A stretch of 64,000 nt of DNA, taken from NCBI GenBank assembly GCA_964355175.1, contig CAYHBZ010000001.1, positions 240,523-304,522 on the forward strand, in the 5' to 3' direction. The notes beneath the pieces are model-generated. The model worked only from the letters and a program-made list of their open reading frames with translations. It did no database searches and was not told the DNA's origin. Positions 19,150 through 29,509 of the stretch are shown in pieces. The position numbers and the translations under genes are program-made. This DNA is from an uncultured Gammaproteobacteria bacterium (GTDB taxonomy: Bacteria; Patescibacteriota; Patescibacteriia; Magasanikbacterales; GWA2-37-8). How positions within the stretch are numbered: the stretch's first letter is position 1; every line of letters starts with the position of its first letter.

Positions 19150-21192
19150 TTATTTTTTCTTTATATTACTTACAGAGCTACTTGGTAAAATAAATTGATC
19201 AATAATTTGCTGACCCTGTTCATCAAAGATGACACCTCGGTCGTTGGCAAGCTTCAAAATATTTTTAGCCTTATCCAACTGATTATTAACTTTATAAAGA
19301 TAGGCCAAGCGCCAGTAACCCTCGCCAATTTTTGGATTATCCTCAATAGATTGTTCCAATAATCTGACCCCTTCTGTCATTTTATTTAATTGCATCTTAA
19401 CAGCGGCCAAACCATATATTATTTGTTGCCTTCTAGGCGATTTTCTCAAAGCATCTTCCAAAACACTTTCTGATTTAAAAACGTATGAACTATTATTATT
19501 TACAATCGCTCCTAGCTGATAAACTTGAGATAAAGTGAGTTGATTTCTGATATCCAGAGGATGCAACAATAAATTTTTCTCCAAATTTTGAATTACTAAA
19601 TCCAACAACTCGTTGGTTTTGTCTTTGCCGATCTTTTGCCAACCACTCGATAAAATTTGAATTATAGTGCGACTCATATCGCTTCTAATATCATCGACGT
19701 GCGGAGAAGAGAAGGCCAAAGCCTCACGAGCGGTCGGTATACCCACCACCGGGTCTTGAGATAAAGCCCGCACCGCGCTCAAAGTTTTATTATTGGCTCG
19801 AGCCGGTTGAATATTAAAAATAAAAATTATAATAAACAAACCCAAACCCATTGTAACCAATGTTCCTGGGCCAATATTTTTATCCGCTCTTATCGGAGCA
19901 TTGGCTGTAAACCCGTTTACCATGGCCGTCACTAAAGCCAACCAAAACATGAAATATAAATATGAAGTGGGATTTTCAAATACCGTAATGTTACTAACAA
20001 AATGAGCAACTAGAAAAGAGCCTCCAATTATCATAAAGTGATAATTTATCATATTTCTTTGCCAGGCTTTTACTAAGGCTAATATAGCCAACACAAACAT
20101 CCCTAAATAAGCCAGCAAGCCAACAAAACCTTGTACTGTTAAAGTATTGACCAAAATATTATGAGCGTTATCAAACCATGTTTCACCATATCCAAAGTTC
20201 AGAGACCTTGGATTATAATGAGCATTGAACGCATAAAAATAATTATTTGGACCCCACCCGAATATTGGCTTTTCCTTCCAACTTTGGATAGAAATTTCCC
20301 AAGCAATCCAACGCGGGCTGGCTTGAATTTCAGCCAAAGAAGTATTTACGGCGCGACCAATAGCCGGTAAATTAGTAACAAAATCACTATTTTTAAAAGT
20401 ATAAAGTAGAGAAACGCCAACCACACCCACAACTACTAGACCCACTAGCCCCCATCTAGCTTTGGGATTATTTTTTAAAACTATAATATAAAAAATACTA
20501 GCAAACACCGCGGCTGCGACCAAACCAAGCAAAGCGCCTCTGGTTCCACTCCAAAATATTCCCATAAAGCTAAAGAATACGCTTATGCCATAAAATATTT
20601 TCCATAAACTATTTTTCTCACGACTAAAGAGCAATATGGACAAAAAGGTCAAAAATAACCCGTATCCACCCACATAAATAGCATTTCCCAACGTACTAGC
20701 CACACGAATTGCCCCATTATTCAAAAGTAGATTTGGGTTCTCTGTCTGTAGCCAAGCGATAAACATGACCATACCCCCACCCAAAAGAAAGACTCTGCCA
20801 GCCCATTTCCAATCTTCCCAATCTTTCAAAACACTCGCCAAGATAATATAGTAAATAAAATAATGAATTAAAGTAAATAGCCCCAACATTCTTTCATGAT
20901 TATCCCAAAAACTATGATACACATCCACGCCAACAAAGGTGGAGACAGCAAAACTCAGAAGAAAAGCCGACAAACCAATAATTATATAATTAAGTTTTGG
21001 TTTGTATTGATCCCAATTGATATATAACAAAATCAAATAAGCAAATAACATTACTTCCACTATTGTTCTAAAAAAAATTATTTTCGGCACAATGAAGGGA
21101 AATATAAAAGAACTCGGAACAACCAATAATGGAAGAAAAAAGGTTGTGTAGATTAATAGCTTTAAAAAATTTTCCAATCTCGTTTTTAACAT
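19150..21192 (-). CDS. Wzy_C (O-antigen ligase/O-oligosaccharyltransferase-like) polytopic membrane protein with a C-terminal TPR domain
   Basis: SVFFSFMGIFWSGTRGALLGLVAAAVFASIFYII (Wzy_C core with SxTRG). C-terminal TPR-like LAYLYKVNNQLDKAKNILKLA. Confidence 0.6.
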   Translation of the reverse strand: MLKTRLENFLKLLIYTTFFLPLLVVPSSFIFPFIVPKIIFFRTIVEVMLFAYLILLYINWDQYKPKLNYIIIGLSAFLLSFAVSTFVGVDVYHSFWDNHERMLGLFTLIHYFIYYIILASVLKDWEDWKWAGRVFLLGGGMVMFIAWLQTENPNLLLNNGAIRVASTLGNAIYVGGYGLFLTFLSILLFSREKNSLWKIFYGISVFFSFMGIFWSGTRGALLGLVAAAVFASIFYIIVLKNNPKARWGLVGLVVVGVVGVSLLYTFKNSDFVTNLPAIGRAVNTSLAEIQASPRWIAWEISIQSWKEKPIFGWGPNNYFYAFNAHYNPRSLNFGYGETWFDNAHNILVNTLTVQGFVGLLAYLGMFVLAILALVKAWQRNMINYHFMIIGGSFLVAHFVSNITVFENPTSYLYFMFWLALVTAMVNGFTANAPIRADKNIGPGTLVTMGLGLFIIIFIFNIQPARANNKTLSAVRALSQDPVVGIPTAREALAFSSPHVDDIRSDMSRTIIQILSSGWQKIGKDKTNELLDLVIQNLEKNLLLHPLDIRNQLTLSQVYQLGAIVNNNSSYVFKSESVLEDALRKSPRRQQIIYGLAAVKMQLNKMTEGVRLLEQSIEDNPKIGEGYWRLAYLYKVNNQLDKAKNILKLANDRGVIFDEQGQQIIDQFILPSSSVSNIKKK

Positions 21193-21195
21193 ATA

Positions 21196-23409
21196 CTATC
21201 TATTAAATTTTAACTTAAAATTATTGGCTTCTTCTCTTCTGTTAGTTTTATTTAAATAATCAATATATTTATCTATCAAGTGTAAATTTTGCTTTTCGTC
21301 TTTATCCATTATAATCTTTACGATACTATCTTCTAGTAAATTAATACTACTATAAAGACTAAATAGATCAAAAACAGCGTCCAGCTCATCAGAGTTAAAT
21401 CGATAACCCAACTCTAAGGCTTTTTTAGCAGAATTAAAAGCGGATAAATTATCATTTTTATGACCGTAAATTATCGATTGCATCCAATAAGATGACGGAT
21501 AACTCGGGAAACGAATAATAAAATCAGCCGTAATTTTTAAAGCCTCGTCGTGCTTCCCTTGAAGCATTTTAACAGTGGCCAAACCAAATGTCAAAGCCGG
21601 TCTAGAGGGGCTGGTAGAAAGATAATATTTATAAATTTTTTCCGCTTCATTCAAGTAAACCGGATCTTTCCAAAATTTATATCCGTCTACATAAACCGTA
21701 CCCAAAAGCTTGCCCCCCCTGGTATCGGTTGGATAATCGGAAATAAATGATTGAATTGCTCCAACACCAAAATTATACATCTCTCTTGCTAAAGGACGGT
21801 GAGAGCTCACCACAAAATCCGGATGGGCGCTAATCCAGCTCAAAATAAACTGACCAAATTCAAAAGCAATATCGGGGCGATAAGGGTTTAAAATTTGTAC
21901 GGCTTTTCTATGAAACTCTACAGCTCCTTTGAAATCAACCATGGACTTTTTAACCGCCTGCGCTGCGTAATAATCAGCTTTAGCCGGCAGGTATACAAAT
22001 CTAAAAAGATACAGGCAGGACAAAAAAATTAAAACGCTTATAAATAAAAACTTTAACAACGGTCCAAAAAAAACTTTCAATGATCCTAAATATTTTTCAT
22101 GATTGTTCGCGCCAATATTATTTTTTGTTTTTAGATCAGTATTGCTCACATTATTGTTATATAGATCAATACCCGCCAATAACCAAAAGAAAACCAGGTA
22201 GGAGGAAAGATCTTCAAATACAAATAGATTTCTTATAAAGTGAGATAGCCAAAAGGCACCTAGGCCCAAAAATAGAAATCTTTCATTTTTATTCTTTTGT
22301 TTATAATTTTTAAAAATTAAATAAAAGGCATAAAAATAAATAAAAAGATACAAGCTAAGCCCGACTATTCCGGTAGTGGCCAATAAATTAAAAAAGACAC
22401 TGTGGGCATTGTCCTGCCAATCTTCAGTACGTCCGAAAAATTCGGGTAAATAGTTTTTGTTAAAAAGATCGTAGTAATTTTCCCAACCCCAACCCAGCAA
22501 AGGCTTTTGCTCCCAACCCACCACCGCGGTTTTCCACATCAACAAACGGCTGCCACCACTAGCCTCACTAAGCGGAGTGGTGACAAAGCGATTCAGGATC
22601 GGAATATTTTTTATGAAAGAAAAATTTCTAAAAGAAATCAATATAATCGGAGCTATTACCAACACAGAAAGTACAGACAAAAAAATCTTCCTTTGTCCTT
22701 GCCAATCCAAATCCTTTGCCAAAAAAATCAACAAAAATATTAGACCACCATAAAGACCAACCAAATCACCTCTGGTTTGAGAAGTAAAAATTGTTATCAA
22801 ACTGACTACCATCTCTATCAGCCACAAATATTTCAACTTGGTTTTGGTATTGTAATAAAAAATCAATGAAGAAAAAAATAAAAAACCGGCAAACCCAGCC
22901 AAAAAAATCGGGTTGCCTAGAGTAGAGCTCATACGAGCAGCCCCGGCATTAAGCAATAATCTGGAATTAAATACCTGCAACATCGCTATCAAAGGCGCAA
23001 CCATACCAATACCCACAAACCACTGCCACAACTTGTACCATTGCTCCTTGGAAAATACCGAACGCCAAACTAAAAATAATATGCCATAATGACACATTAT
23101 TACCAAACCGGTCATACGCTCGGTACGACTCCACAAACTACGATTAAAGTTTTCACTAAATATTGAAGCTATAAAAATAGCAACGTAAAACAATAATACG
23201 GAAAGGCTCAGCCAACTAAATCTTGGTTTCAAAAAACGCCAGTTGGAAAGCAGAGCAATTAGCCAAACAACCAAAATTAACAACGAAAATATCTGTAGTA
23301 AAAAGGCTTTGGGAGCGACAAATGGATATACTGAATTTTGCCAAACAATTATAGGCAATAAAAATAACCCCACGGTCAGATAGTATATTATGTTTTTTTC
23401 TCTTTGCAT
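21196..23409 (-). CDS. Paralog of the preceding gene: Wzy_C-like membrane protein with a C-terminal TPR domain
   Basis: ITIFTSQTRGDLVGLYGGLIFLLIF Wzy_C core. TPR-like C-terminus. Same length class as the neighbour. Confidence 0.6.
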   Translation of the reverse strand: MQREKNIIYYLTVGLFLLPIIVWQNSVYPFVAPKAFLLQIFSLLILVVWLIALLSNWRFLKPRFSWLSLSVLLFYVAIFIASIFSENFNRSLWSRTERMTGLVIMCHYGILFLVWRSVFSKEQWYKLWQWFVGIGMVAPLIAMLQVFNSRLLLNAGAARMSSTLGNPIFLAGFAGFLFFSSLIFYYNTKTKLKYLWLIEMVVSLITIFTSQTRGDLVGLYGGLIFLLIFLAKDLDWQGQRKIFLSVLSVLVIAPIILISFRNFSFIKNIPILNRFVTTPLSEASGGSRLLMWKTAVVGWEQKPLLGWGWENYYDLFNKNYLPEFFGRTEDWQDNAHSVFFNLLATTGIVGLSLYLFIYFYAFYLIFKNYKQKNKNERFLFLGLGAFWLSHFIRNLFVFEDLSSYLVFFWLLAGIDLYNNNVSNTDLKTKNNIGANNHEKYLGSLKVFFGPLLKFLFISVLIFLSCLYLFRFVYLPAKADYYAAQAVKKSMVDFKGAVEFHRKAVQILNPYRPDIAFEFGQFILSWISAHPDFVVSSHRPLAREMYNFGVGAIQSFISDYPTDTRGGKLLGTVYVDGYKFWKDPVYLNEAEKIYKYYLSTSPSRPALTFGLATVKMLQGKHDEALKITADFIIRFPSYPSSYWMQSIIYGHKNDNLSAFNSAKKALELGYRFNSDELDAVFDLFSLYSSINLLEDSIVKIIMDKDEKQNLHLIDKYIDYLNKTNRREEANNFKLKFNR

Positions 23410-23480
23410 AGCCTAAAATCCCTCTATAAATAGAATGATCTAAACCTAAATTACAATATAATTATACCTAAACTTACATA

Positions 23481-23513
23481 AAAAAACAACCCCTCCGTTT
23501 TGCAACGGAGGGG
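23481..23513 (-). terminator. Rho-independent terminator of the surface-protein gene
   Basis: 10-bp GC stem CCCCTCCGTT/AACGGAGGGG with a TTGC loop, followed on the minus strand by TTGTTTTTTT. Confidence 0.6.
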
Positions 23514-23551
23514 CATGTCTCTTTCAGAACTAGATCTGTTAAGCTAACAGA

Positions 23552-26500
23552 TTAGTACTGGTAAGTCTTGCCATAAACTGGAATTCCAGTAACTGGCGCA
23601 ACGTTCGTGTAAGCAGACGAACCGTCACCCCAACTAAAGGTAACCAATTGTGTGGTCAATTTCTCAACGCTAGCGGCAGTGTCGCTAAAGTCAGCATCAG
23701 TAGTATCAGCTACGAGATAAACCTGTTTAGCACCGGACCATTCATTTTGGGCGGTTAAAACAATGCTTACCTGATCACTGGTACTAGTAGCCATACTGGT
23801 AAGATACACGCTACCCATGAGATGGGCGCTATCAAATGTACTACCACTATAGGCATAGATAGTGACCGATCCGTTGCCGTTTCCGTCGCCAGCAATCAAG
23901 TTGCCGGTCAATTTCACAGCCAAGGTACCAAGAGTGGAGTTCTGGTTGCTTCCAGCTTCAGGAGAGGAAGTGAAGGTAAATACACCTACAGTATCCTGAG
24001 CCTTGGTGGAGTGTACAACAGAAGCTGTATCACCTTCAGCAACAGCAACGTTAGTCTTGCGAATAGTCTTAGCAGTTACACTGCTATCAACTAAAGCAAC
24101 GGAGTCAACTATACCGTACTGCTTGGAGTTGGAACCTTCACCCAACAAAATGAAATCGTTGGTCAAGTTAGCAGTAGTGCTAAATTGAGCAGATACTTTC
24201 TTGAAACCAATTTTTACAGCGTCGCCAGACACAGCACCATCATTGATAGTGTTGAATAAAGCGCTAACAGTAATTAGATTGCTCTGATCTTTGATCAAGT
24301 AAGCATCCAATTGACCATCGCTGAAAGTACATTCACCAGAGCTGTTCAAGAAACATTCCTTGTTAACAGTTTCGCCAGCTTTGTTCTTATAGGTTACAAT
24401 TGCTTTCTTAACATCTACATACTGGGCAGCAGTACCGAGAGCCAAAGCAGCACCGGTCAATGTGAAGCTTTCTTTGGTAGGAGTCAATTTATAAGTGGTC
24501 ATAGCTACTGGAGTAGCGGAACCAGAAATAACGACATCAGCCAAAGGAGTGGAACCATCCACAGCTACAGTCACAGAACCGCCAGTAGTTACAGTCAAGT
24601 AGATTGGAGAAGAGTCATTAATAACTGAAGTAGAATTCTCAGTTACACTCTTACCGTCGGCAAATGTCTCAACATCGATATCATCATCTGGATCAACATC
24701 TACATTAACATAACGAGTGGCAGTAAGACTGTCTTTGATTACCAACTGAGCTACCAATTTCTTGCTGTCACCAGCTTTCAATTTGTAATTCAAGCTAGAG
24801 AAAGTTACATAATAGTAACCACCACTACCAATCGTACCAGAAAGGTCAGAAAGGTTCTTAGTCATCAAAGGAGTAGTCGCGCCATCTTCCCACAAAGATA
24901 CAGTGTTTACTACAGCATTAGCAGCAGTATCACCAAGATCATTGCTAATAGCGGTGGTGGAAGCAAATACGCGCAATTTCAAACTAGTAATTTTGAGATC
25001 ATCGGAAGTGCCAGCAGTCAACAATAGACCTAAGGCATTCTGAGTAGATCCTTTTACTACAGAAGCTGAAGCTGGAGGAGTTGCGCGGGTTACGGTCAAC
25101 TGAGCTCCAGTAACAGTCATGCTGTTACCAGTCAAAGTGTTTGGAACGATCACAGAAGCGCTCACATATTGTGAGTTATCTACGTATTTTACGTAGTTAG
25201 AACCGCTGTAATCAACTTTGGAGACAACTTTCATGCTGGAAGGCATGCTGGTATCAATATCGGCAACCACGGCAAAGTGACGGGTCTTACCGGCAGCGAT
25301 GTCGTAAGAATCGGTAAACACCTTGTAATAGCTGTTAGCGGAAACTGTAGTACCAGTACCAAAGTCAGATTGAGGTCCAACCATAGTCTGATTGCTGTTG
25401 TCCAAATCTACGATTTTTACATTCTTTACAAATGCATAGTTAGTAGAAGTGCTCAAAGCGTTAGAAACAGAATCTGTCAAAAAGATAGATACTTTAGTGC
25501 TTTTTACAGTTACATTGTTGGAAGAGCTGAAAGAGAACTTCTGCAATATAACGTTGGTTACATTCTTACCAATATTAGTGGCGGCAGGACCATTGTTAGA
25601 CAAGGTCAAATCACCACCAGTAACAGTATAAGTCTGGTTACCAGTAGCAAAACTGTTGGTCAAGTTAACACCGGCATTATATTGAGTGTCTAGGATTCTT
25701 ACATCGCTAGTTTCGTCAACATAAAATGCCACGGTATCAGCTACGCGACCACCAGTGTTGTCAGCGTATACTACGAAAGTCTTAGTATCACCTTTAGTAA
25801 TAGTGTATGGAGTAGCCAAGGTGAAAACAACATGATCGCCAGTCATAGTTGCAGCCGAAGCTACATCAGAGCTGCCGAGAGTCAATTTCAAGTTAGCCAA
25901 GTAATCATTGGATAAAGTACCACCGTTGGTCAAAGTCATATTAACAACTTTAACATCGTTGGTAGCAGAGCTAGCACTAATAGTACCACGAGCCACTTCT
26001 ACTTTAGAAGCACCCAAGCCAAAAGAACCGGTAGAACCAGAGTTATCTACTGTAATAGCAGATACTGAGGAAGCACCAATGCTCATAATAGAACCAACTA
26101 CGCCAGATACAGTAGCATTGTTAGCACTGACAACTTCAAAACCATCGGCATCACCAGAAACAGCAAGAGTAGTATCTAAATCAGCTACTACGCGCAAAGT
26201 TTTTGGAGTGCTGGACAAAGCCACTTTCAAATTACTAAAAGTAACTACGTTAGTATCAGAAGCTACAGTGCGACCACTGGTCAAACGGTTGTTACCATCG
26301 TAAATATATACGCTGGCCAAGTCGTTATAAGCACCCAAACCGATACGGTGTAATTTCAAGTCATTCAATGTGCCGGAACCGGAAACATTGAAGTGCATGA
26401 AGTCAACGCCAGTAGCGTCTTGTGGTAATGGTGTGGCAGCTGGAGAATCAGAAGCCAAGGAAACAGTAACTGGACCAGAAGAAACTGGAGGAACTACAAC

Positions 26501-27268
26501 AGTTCCAGGAACAGCTTTAAATCCAAAAGTTACATCAACCAAAGCAGCTTCCATAGCAGTAACTTGAGTACCAGTGGAGTAACCAGTGGTAGAAGCCATA
26601 GCTACAGCAAATTTAGCTTGGAATTTGTTGGCAGTGAAACCAGTAGCAGTAACTTCGCGTAGGCTCTTGTTTGTAGCCACTACGTAAAATTTACCACCAT
26701 TGGAAACCAAAGCGCCTTCAGAAGGAGCAGCTTCAGTTACTTTCACAGTGCTCATGTTTTTAGCATGAAGTACCATGTCAGCGCTGGAAGCAGGAATTGT
26801 GCGGCCACCTTTTGCAGGTAAAGCAGCATAATTTGCACCATATAGACCAGTAGCGGCAGCAACAGACATTTCTGCCAATTTGCCGTCAGCCATAGTCACA
26901 TACAATTTTTCGGTTGAGCTATCTTTCAAAAGATAGGCGCCTGGGCGAGGAGCAACTACCCCAGCGGCTGGGAAAGAAGCCAAGCAGTCACCAGTAACAT
27001 ACTTGAAAGTATATTTGCTGTCGGCTGTCCAGGATTTAAAAATATCACCTTGTGGGAAATAAGATCTTGATTTGTCGGAGTTTACTACCCAGATATCGGC
27101 ACCGTTAGCTTTGACGAAATCGCCGGCAACAACGGTAGCGCAGTCAACCTGTGTAGCAGCTGTAGCAACAGCTGGTACCAAAGCAGCAACGCCCAAAGAC
27201 CAGAAAATGGTTGTAGAAGCAACACCTACAGTGAAGATCTTCTTACCCAATTTTAATAAATTGTTCAT
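23552..27268 (-). CDS. Secreted, Thr/Ser/Val/Ala/Gly-rich cell-surface protein (S-layer-like; 1239 aa from MNNLLKLGKK)
   Basis: N-terminal signal peptide KIFTVGVASTTIFWSLGVAALVPAVATAA. Low-complexity beta-rich composition. Elevated GC and codon bias relative to neighbours. Strong terminator. Sits beside the glycosylation genes. Confidence 0.55.
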   Translation of the reverse strand: MNNLLKLGKKIFTVGVASTTIFWSLGVAALVPAVATAATQVDCATVVAGDFVKANGADIWVVNSDKSRSYFPQGDIFKSWTADSKYTFKYVTGDCLASFPAAGVVAPRPGAYLLKDSSTEKLYVTMADGKLAEMSVAAATGLYGANYAALPAKGGRTIPASSADMVLHAKNMSTVKVTEAAPSEGALVSNGGKFYVVATNKSLREVTATGFTANKFQAKFAVAMASTTGYSTGTQVTAMEAALVDVTFGFKAVPGTVVVPPVSSGPVTVSLASDSPAATPLPQDATGVDFMHFNVSGSGTLNDLKLHRIGLGAYNDLASVYIYDGNNRLTSGRTVASDTNVVTFSNLKVALSSTPKTLRVVADLDTTLAVSGDADGFEVVSANNATVSGVVGSIMSIGASSVSAITVDNSGSTGSFGLGASKVEVARGTISASSATNDVKVVNMTLTNGGTLSNDYLANLKLTLGSSDVASAATMTGDHVVFTLATPYTITKGDTKTFVVYADNTGGRVADTVAFYVDETSDVRILDTQYNAGVNLTNSFATGNQTYTVTGGDLTLSNNGPAATNIGKNVTNVILQKFSFSSSNNVTVKSTKVSIFLTDSVSNALSTSTNYAFVKNVKIVDLDNSNQTMVGPQSDFGTGTTVSANSYYKVFTDSYDIAAGKTRHFAVVADIDTSMPSSMKVVSKVDYSGSNYVKYVDNSQYVSASVIVPNTLTGNSMTVTGAQLTVTRATPPASASVVKGSTQNALGLLLTAGTSDDLKITSLKLRVFASTTAISNDLGDTAANAVVNTVSLWEDGATTPLMTKNLSDLSGTIGSGGYYYVTFSSLNYKLKAGDSKKLVAQLVIKDSLTATRYVNVDVDPDDDIDVETFADGKSVTENSTSVINDSSPIYLTVTTGGSVTVAVDGSTPLADVVISGSATPVAMTTYKLTPTKESFTLTGAALALGTAAQYVDVKKAIVTYKNKAGETVNKECFLNSSGECTFSDGQLDAYLIKDQSNLITVSALFNTINDGAVSGDAVKIGFKKVSAQFSTTANLTNDFILLGEGSNSKQYGIVDSVALVDSSVTAKTIRKTNVAVAEGDTASVVHSTKAQDTVGVFTFTSSPEAGSNQNSTLGTLAVKLTGNLIAGDGNGNGSVTIYAYSGSTFDSAHLMGSVYLTSMATSTSDQVSIVLTAQNEWSGAKQVYLVADTTDADFSDTAASVEKLTTQLVTFSWGDGSSAYTNVAPVTGIPVYGKTYQY

Positions 27269-27338
27269 AATATATTTATAAGACTCCATTGTTTTGCGCG
27301 CGGCATGTAAACACACCGGTCAAACGCAATGGAATTTG

Positions 27339-27359
27339 TTTCCCGACTAAGTCGGGAAA
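27339..27359. promoter_or_regulatory. Perfect 9-3-9 palindrome TTTCCCGAC-TAA-GTCGGGAAA in the surface-protein upstream region
   Basis: Read directly from sequence. A second imperfect CCCGACA...TGTCGGG stem-loop lies at 27432-27470. Confidence 0.35.
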
Positions 27360-27489
27360 CGTACAAAGATTTTGCAGGCCCGTATGGACCCTCGACTTTT
27401 GGCAAAACCGAACTAAGTTACTTTTCCCTCTCCCGACAATATTTGTCTCACGCTGACAAGTGCTGTCGGGAAAAGAAAAACCCTGCTTA

Positions 27490-28809
27490 TTATCTTTTAA
27501 CCGGATTGGTGGTAGTGACTGGTGTCACTATTACTTTTATTTCCGGAGTGGACGAAGTGGAAGTGGTAATAATTACTTTTATATCTTTTGAGTTGTCAGT
27601 AGCCGCTACCACTACCGGCGATACCGGTACGAGTTGAGCGGCACTCACTATAGTCTTGTCGTAAATTTTTTCCGCTTCTTTGGTCACCGTATTTACATCT
27701 TTCATCGCTTGCACGGCTTGAGTGAGATCACCTTTATTGAGAGAATCTACCGCTTTGGCCACAGCCTGATCAGTAGTTTGGACAGCGGTTTTGGTTTGAG
27801 CCACTGCGACATTAGTAGCGGTGGAAATTTCAGAAATTTTTTGAGTCAAAGCGGCCGTGGTGCTAGCGCTGTTTGTTTTGTCGGCAGACAGATCAGCGGC
27901 CTGAGTCTTGGCGGCGTTTATTACATCTTTTATTTTACCTACGCTCTGACTAGACTGAGCGGCATCGGTAGCACTGGATTGAAGAGTAGTATTAATTTCT
28001 TTTTTTACATCCGCTGCGGAAACGCTGTTGTCCCCTTCTAAGTGTTTGGTCACCATTACTTCCATGGCTTTCACGGAAGCATCTTTGGCCAAGTCTTTTA
28101 CTTCACTCACTGCTTGTACGGTCTGCACGGCGGCATCGGTGGCTGGAGTAGTAGAAGTATTTTGAGCGGCGATACTGAGCAAGCTGGTCTTTACTTCTTG
28201 CAAAGTGTTTTTTACCGCATCGGTGTCTTGTTTTACATCTTTTACCACATCGGCGGACAGAGTTTTATTTGGATCGTTTTTTATTTCATCCAATTTCTGA
28301 TTGACATTGGCGATTTCAATTTTTAAATCATTGACCATCTCCTGAGCCCTGGCTTGTTTGGATGGATCGTTGCCTACTAGGATCTGCTTGGTTTCGTCAG
28401 CGCGGCGTTTGGCAAACTCGGCGTGCAATTTGGTTTCGGCTTTACTGGCACCCACCATCGCGGCCATTGTGACCTGAGTTTTTTCAGCGGCGCGTTTGGC
28501 CGGATACAACCAGTCACCAGGCAATGTATTGTAAGCCGCGTCGACACCGGTAATCCAACCGCTGGTGGCCACCACACTTACTATTAATAGTACGGCCATC
28601 GGACGCACTATATTGAAGACTACCGGACGAGGCATAAAGAGAGCCATCGCGTTCCAGACATTTTCGAGATTAATTTTAGGAGTTTGGCTGCCGACAGTAT
28701 TTTTTATTTGGGATAGCAAAAGGGCGCGGTTGTTTTTCAACCACGCTTCAGACGGCTTTACTTCGCCGTGTTTGAGCTGTTTAAGTTGTGAGATTAATTT
28801 TTTTGGCAT
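27490..28809 (-). CDS. Putative membrane-anchored anti-sigma factor (single TM, Ala/Thr/Gln-rich coiled extracytoplasmic region)
   Basis: Gene immediately 3' of the ECF sigma gene. One TM (MAVLLIVSVVATSGWI) followed by LPGDWLYPAKRAAEK. Confidence 0.45.
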   Translation of the reverse strand: MPKKLISQLKQLKHGEVKPSEAWLKNNRALLLSQIKNTVGSQTPKINLENVWNAMALFMPRPVVFNIVRPMAVLLIVSVVATSGWITGVDAAYNTLPGDWLYPAKRAAEKTQVTMAAMVGASKAETKLHAEFAKRRADETKQILVGNDPSKQARAQEMVNDLKIEIANVNQKLDEIKNDPNKTLSADVVKDVKQDTDAVKNTLQEVKTSLLSIAAQNTSTTPATDAAVQTVQAVSEVKDLAKDASVKAMEVMVTKHLEGDNSVSAADVKKEINTTLQSSATDAAQSSQSVGKIKDVINAAKTQAADLSADKTNSASTTAALTQKISEISTATNVAVAQTKTAVQTTDQAVAKAVDSLNKGDLTQAVQAMKDVNTVTKEAEKIYDKTIVSAAQLVPVSPVVVAATDNSKDIKVIITTSTSSTPEIKVIVTPVTTTNPVKR

Positions 28810-28817
28810 ATCCCAAC

Positions 28818-29378
28818 TTATTTTTTATCTCCCAAAATTTGTTTTAATTTTTTCAAAGCGCGATGCATAGTGACTCGCACGGACAATTGGCTCTTGCCAG
28901 TGATCTCGGCGATCTCACTGATATCGAGCTCATCAACATATTTCAAAGTCAGCACTTCCTGATATTCTTGTTTTAATTTTTTTATCGCTTCGATTATTTT
29001 TCCGGTTTCCATTTTATTGGCCAACTCGTCGTACCATTTACCTTCGTCCCCTACCTCGATATTTTCATCCAGGGTGACTTCTGGTTTGGCAGCGCGAGCG
29101 CGATAAAAATCGATAATACTGTTGCGTGCGATTTTATAGAGCAAGCCACTGAAACTTTTTATCTCCGGCTGTTCTTCGCTATTAGTAATTAGAAACTGCC
29201 AGGCCTTCAAAAAAACTTCTGAAGTGATATCCTCGGCATTCTCATGACTACTAACTTTAAAAAAAACGAAGCGGTAGATTCGTTGTACATATATATCGTA
29301 AAGTTCCGTGTAAGCTTCTGGATCCTTTTTTGTGAATATCCTATATAGTAGGATTTTCTCGGTAAGGAAGTTGCTCAT
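28818..29378 (-). CDS. ECF-type RNA polymerase sigma-70 family factor
   Basis: Region 2 YRFVFFKVSSHENAEDITSEVFLKAWQ. Region 4 LTLKYVDELDISEIAEITGKSQLSVRVTMHRALKKLKQIL. Confidence 0.85.
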   Translation of the reverse strand: MSNFLTEKILLYRIFTKKDPEAYTELYDIYVQRIYRFVFFKVSSHENAEDITSEVFLKAWQFLITNSEEQPEIKSFSGLLYKIARNSIIDFYRARAAKPEVTLDENIEVGDEGKWYDELANKMETGKIIEAIKKLKQEYQEVLTLKYVDELDISEIAEITGKSQLSVRVTMHRALKKLKQILGDKK

Positions 29379-29509
29379 TATAGAAGACGAAAGAAAGTTA
29401 AAATTGTTACACTACTGCCTAACTACCTATTTAGACCTTTTCTGTCCTGCAAGCGATTTGCATATATTACCAAAAAAGGCATGAACGGTCAAATATGATA
29501 GTAGCGGTA

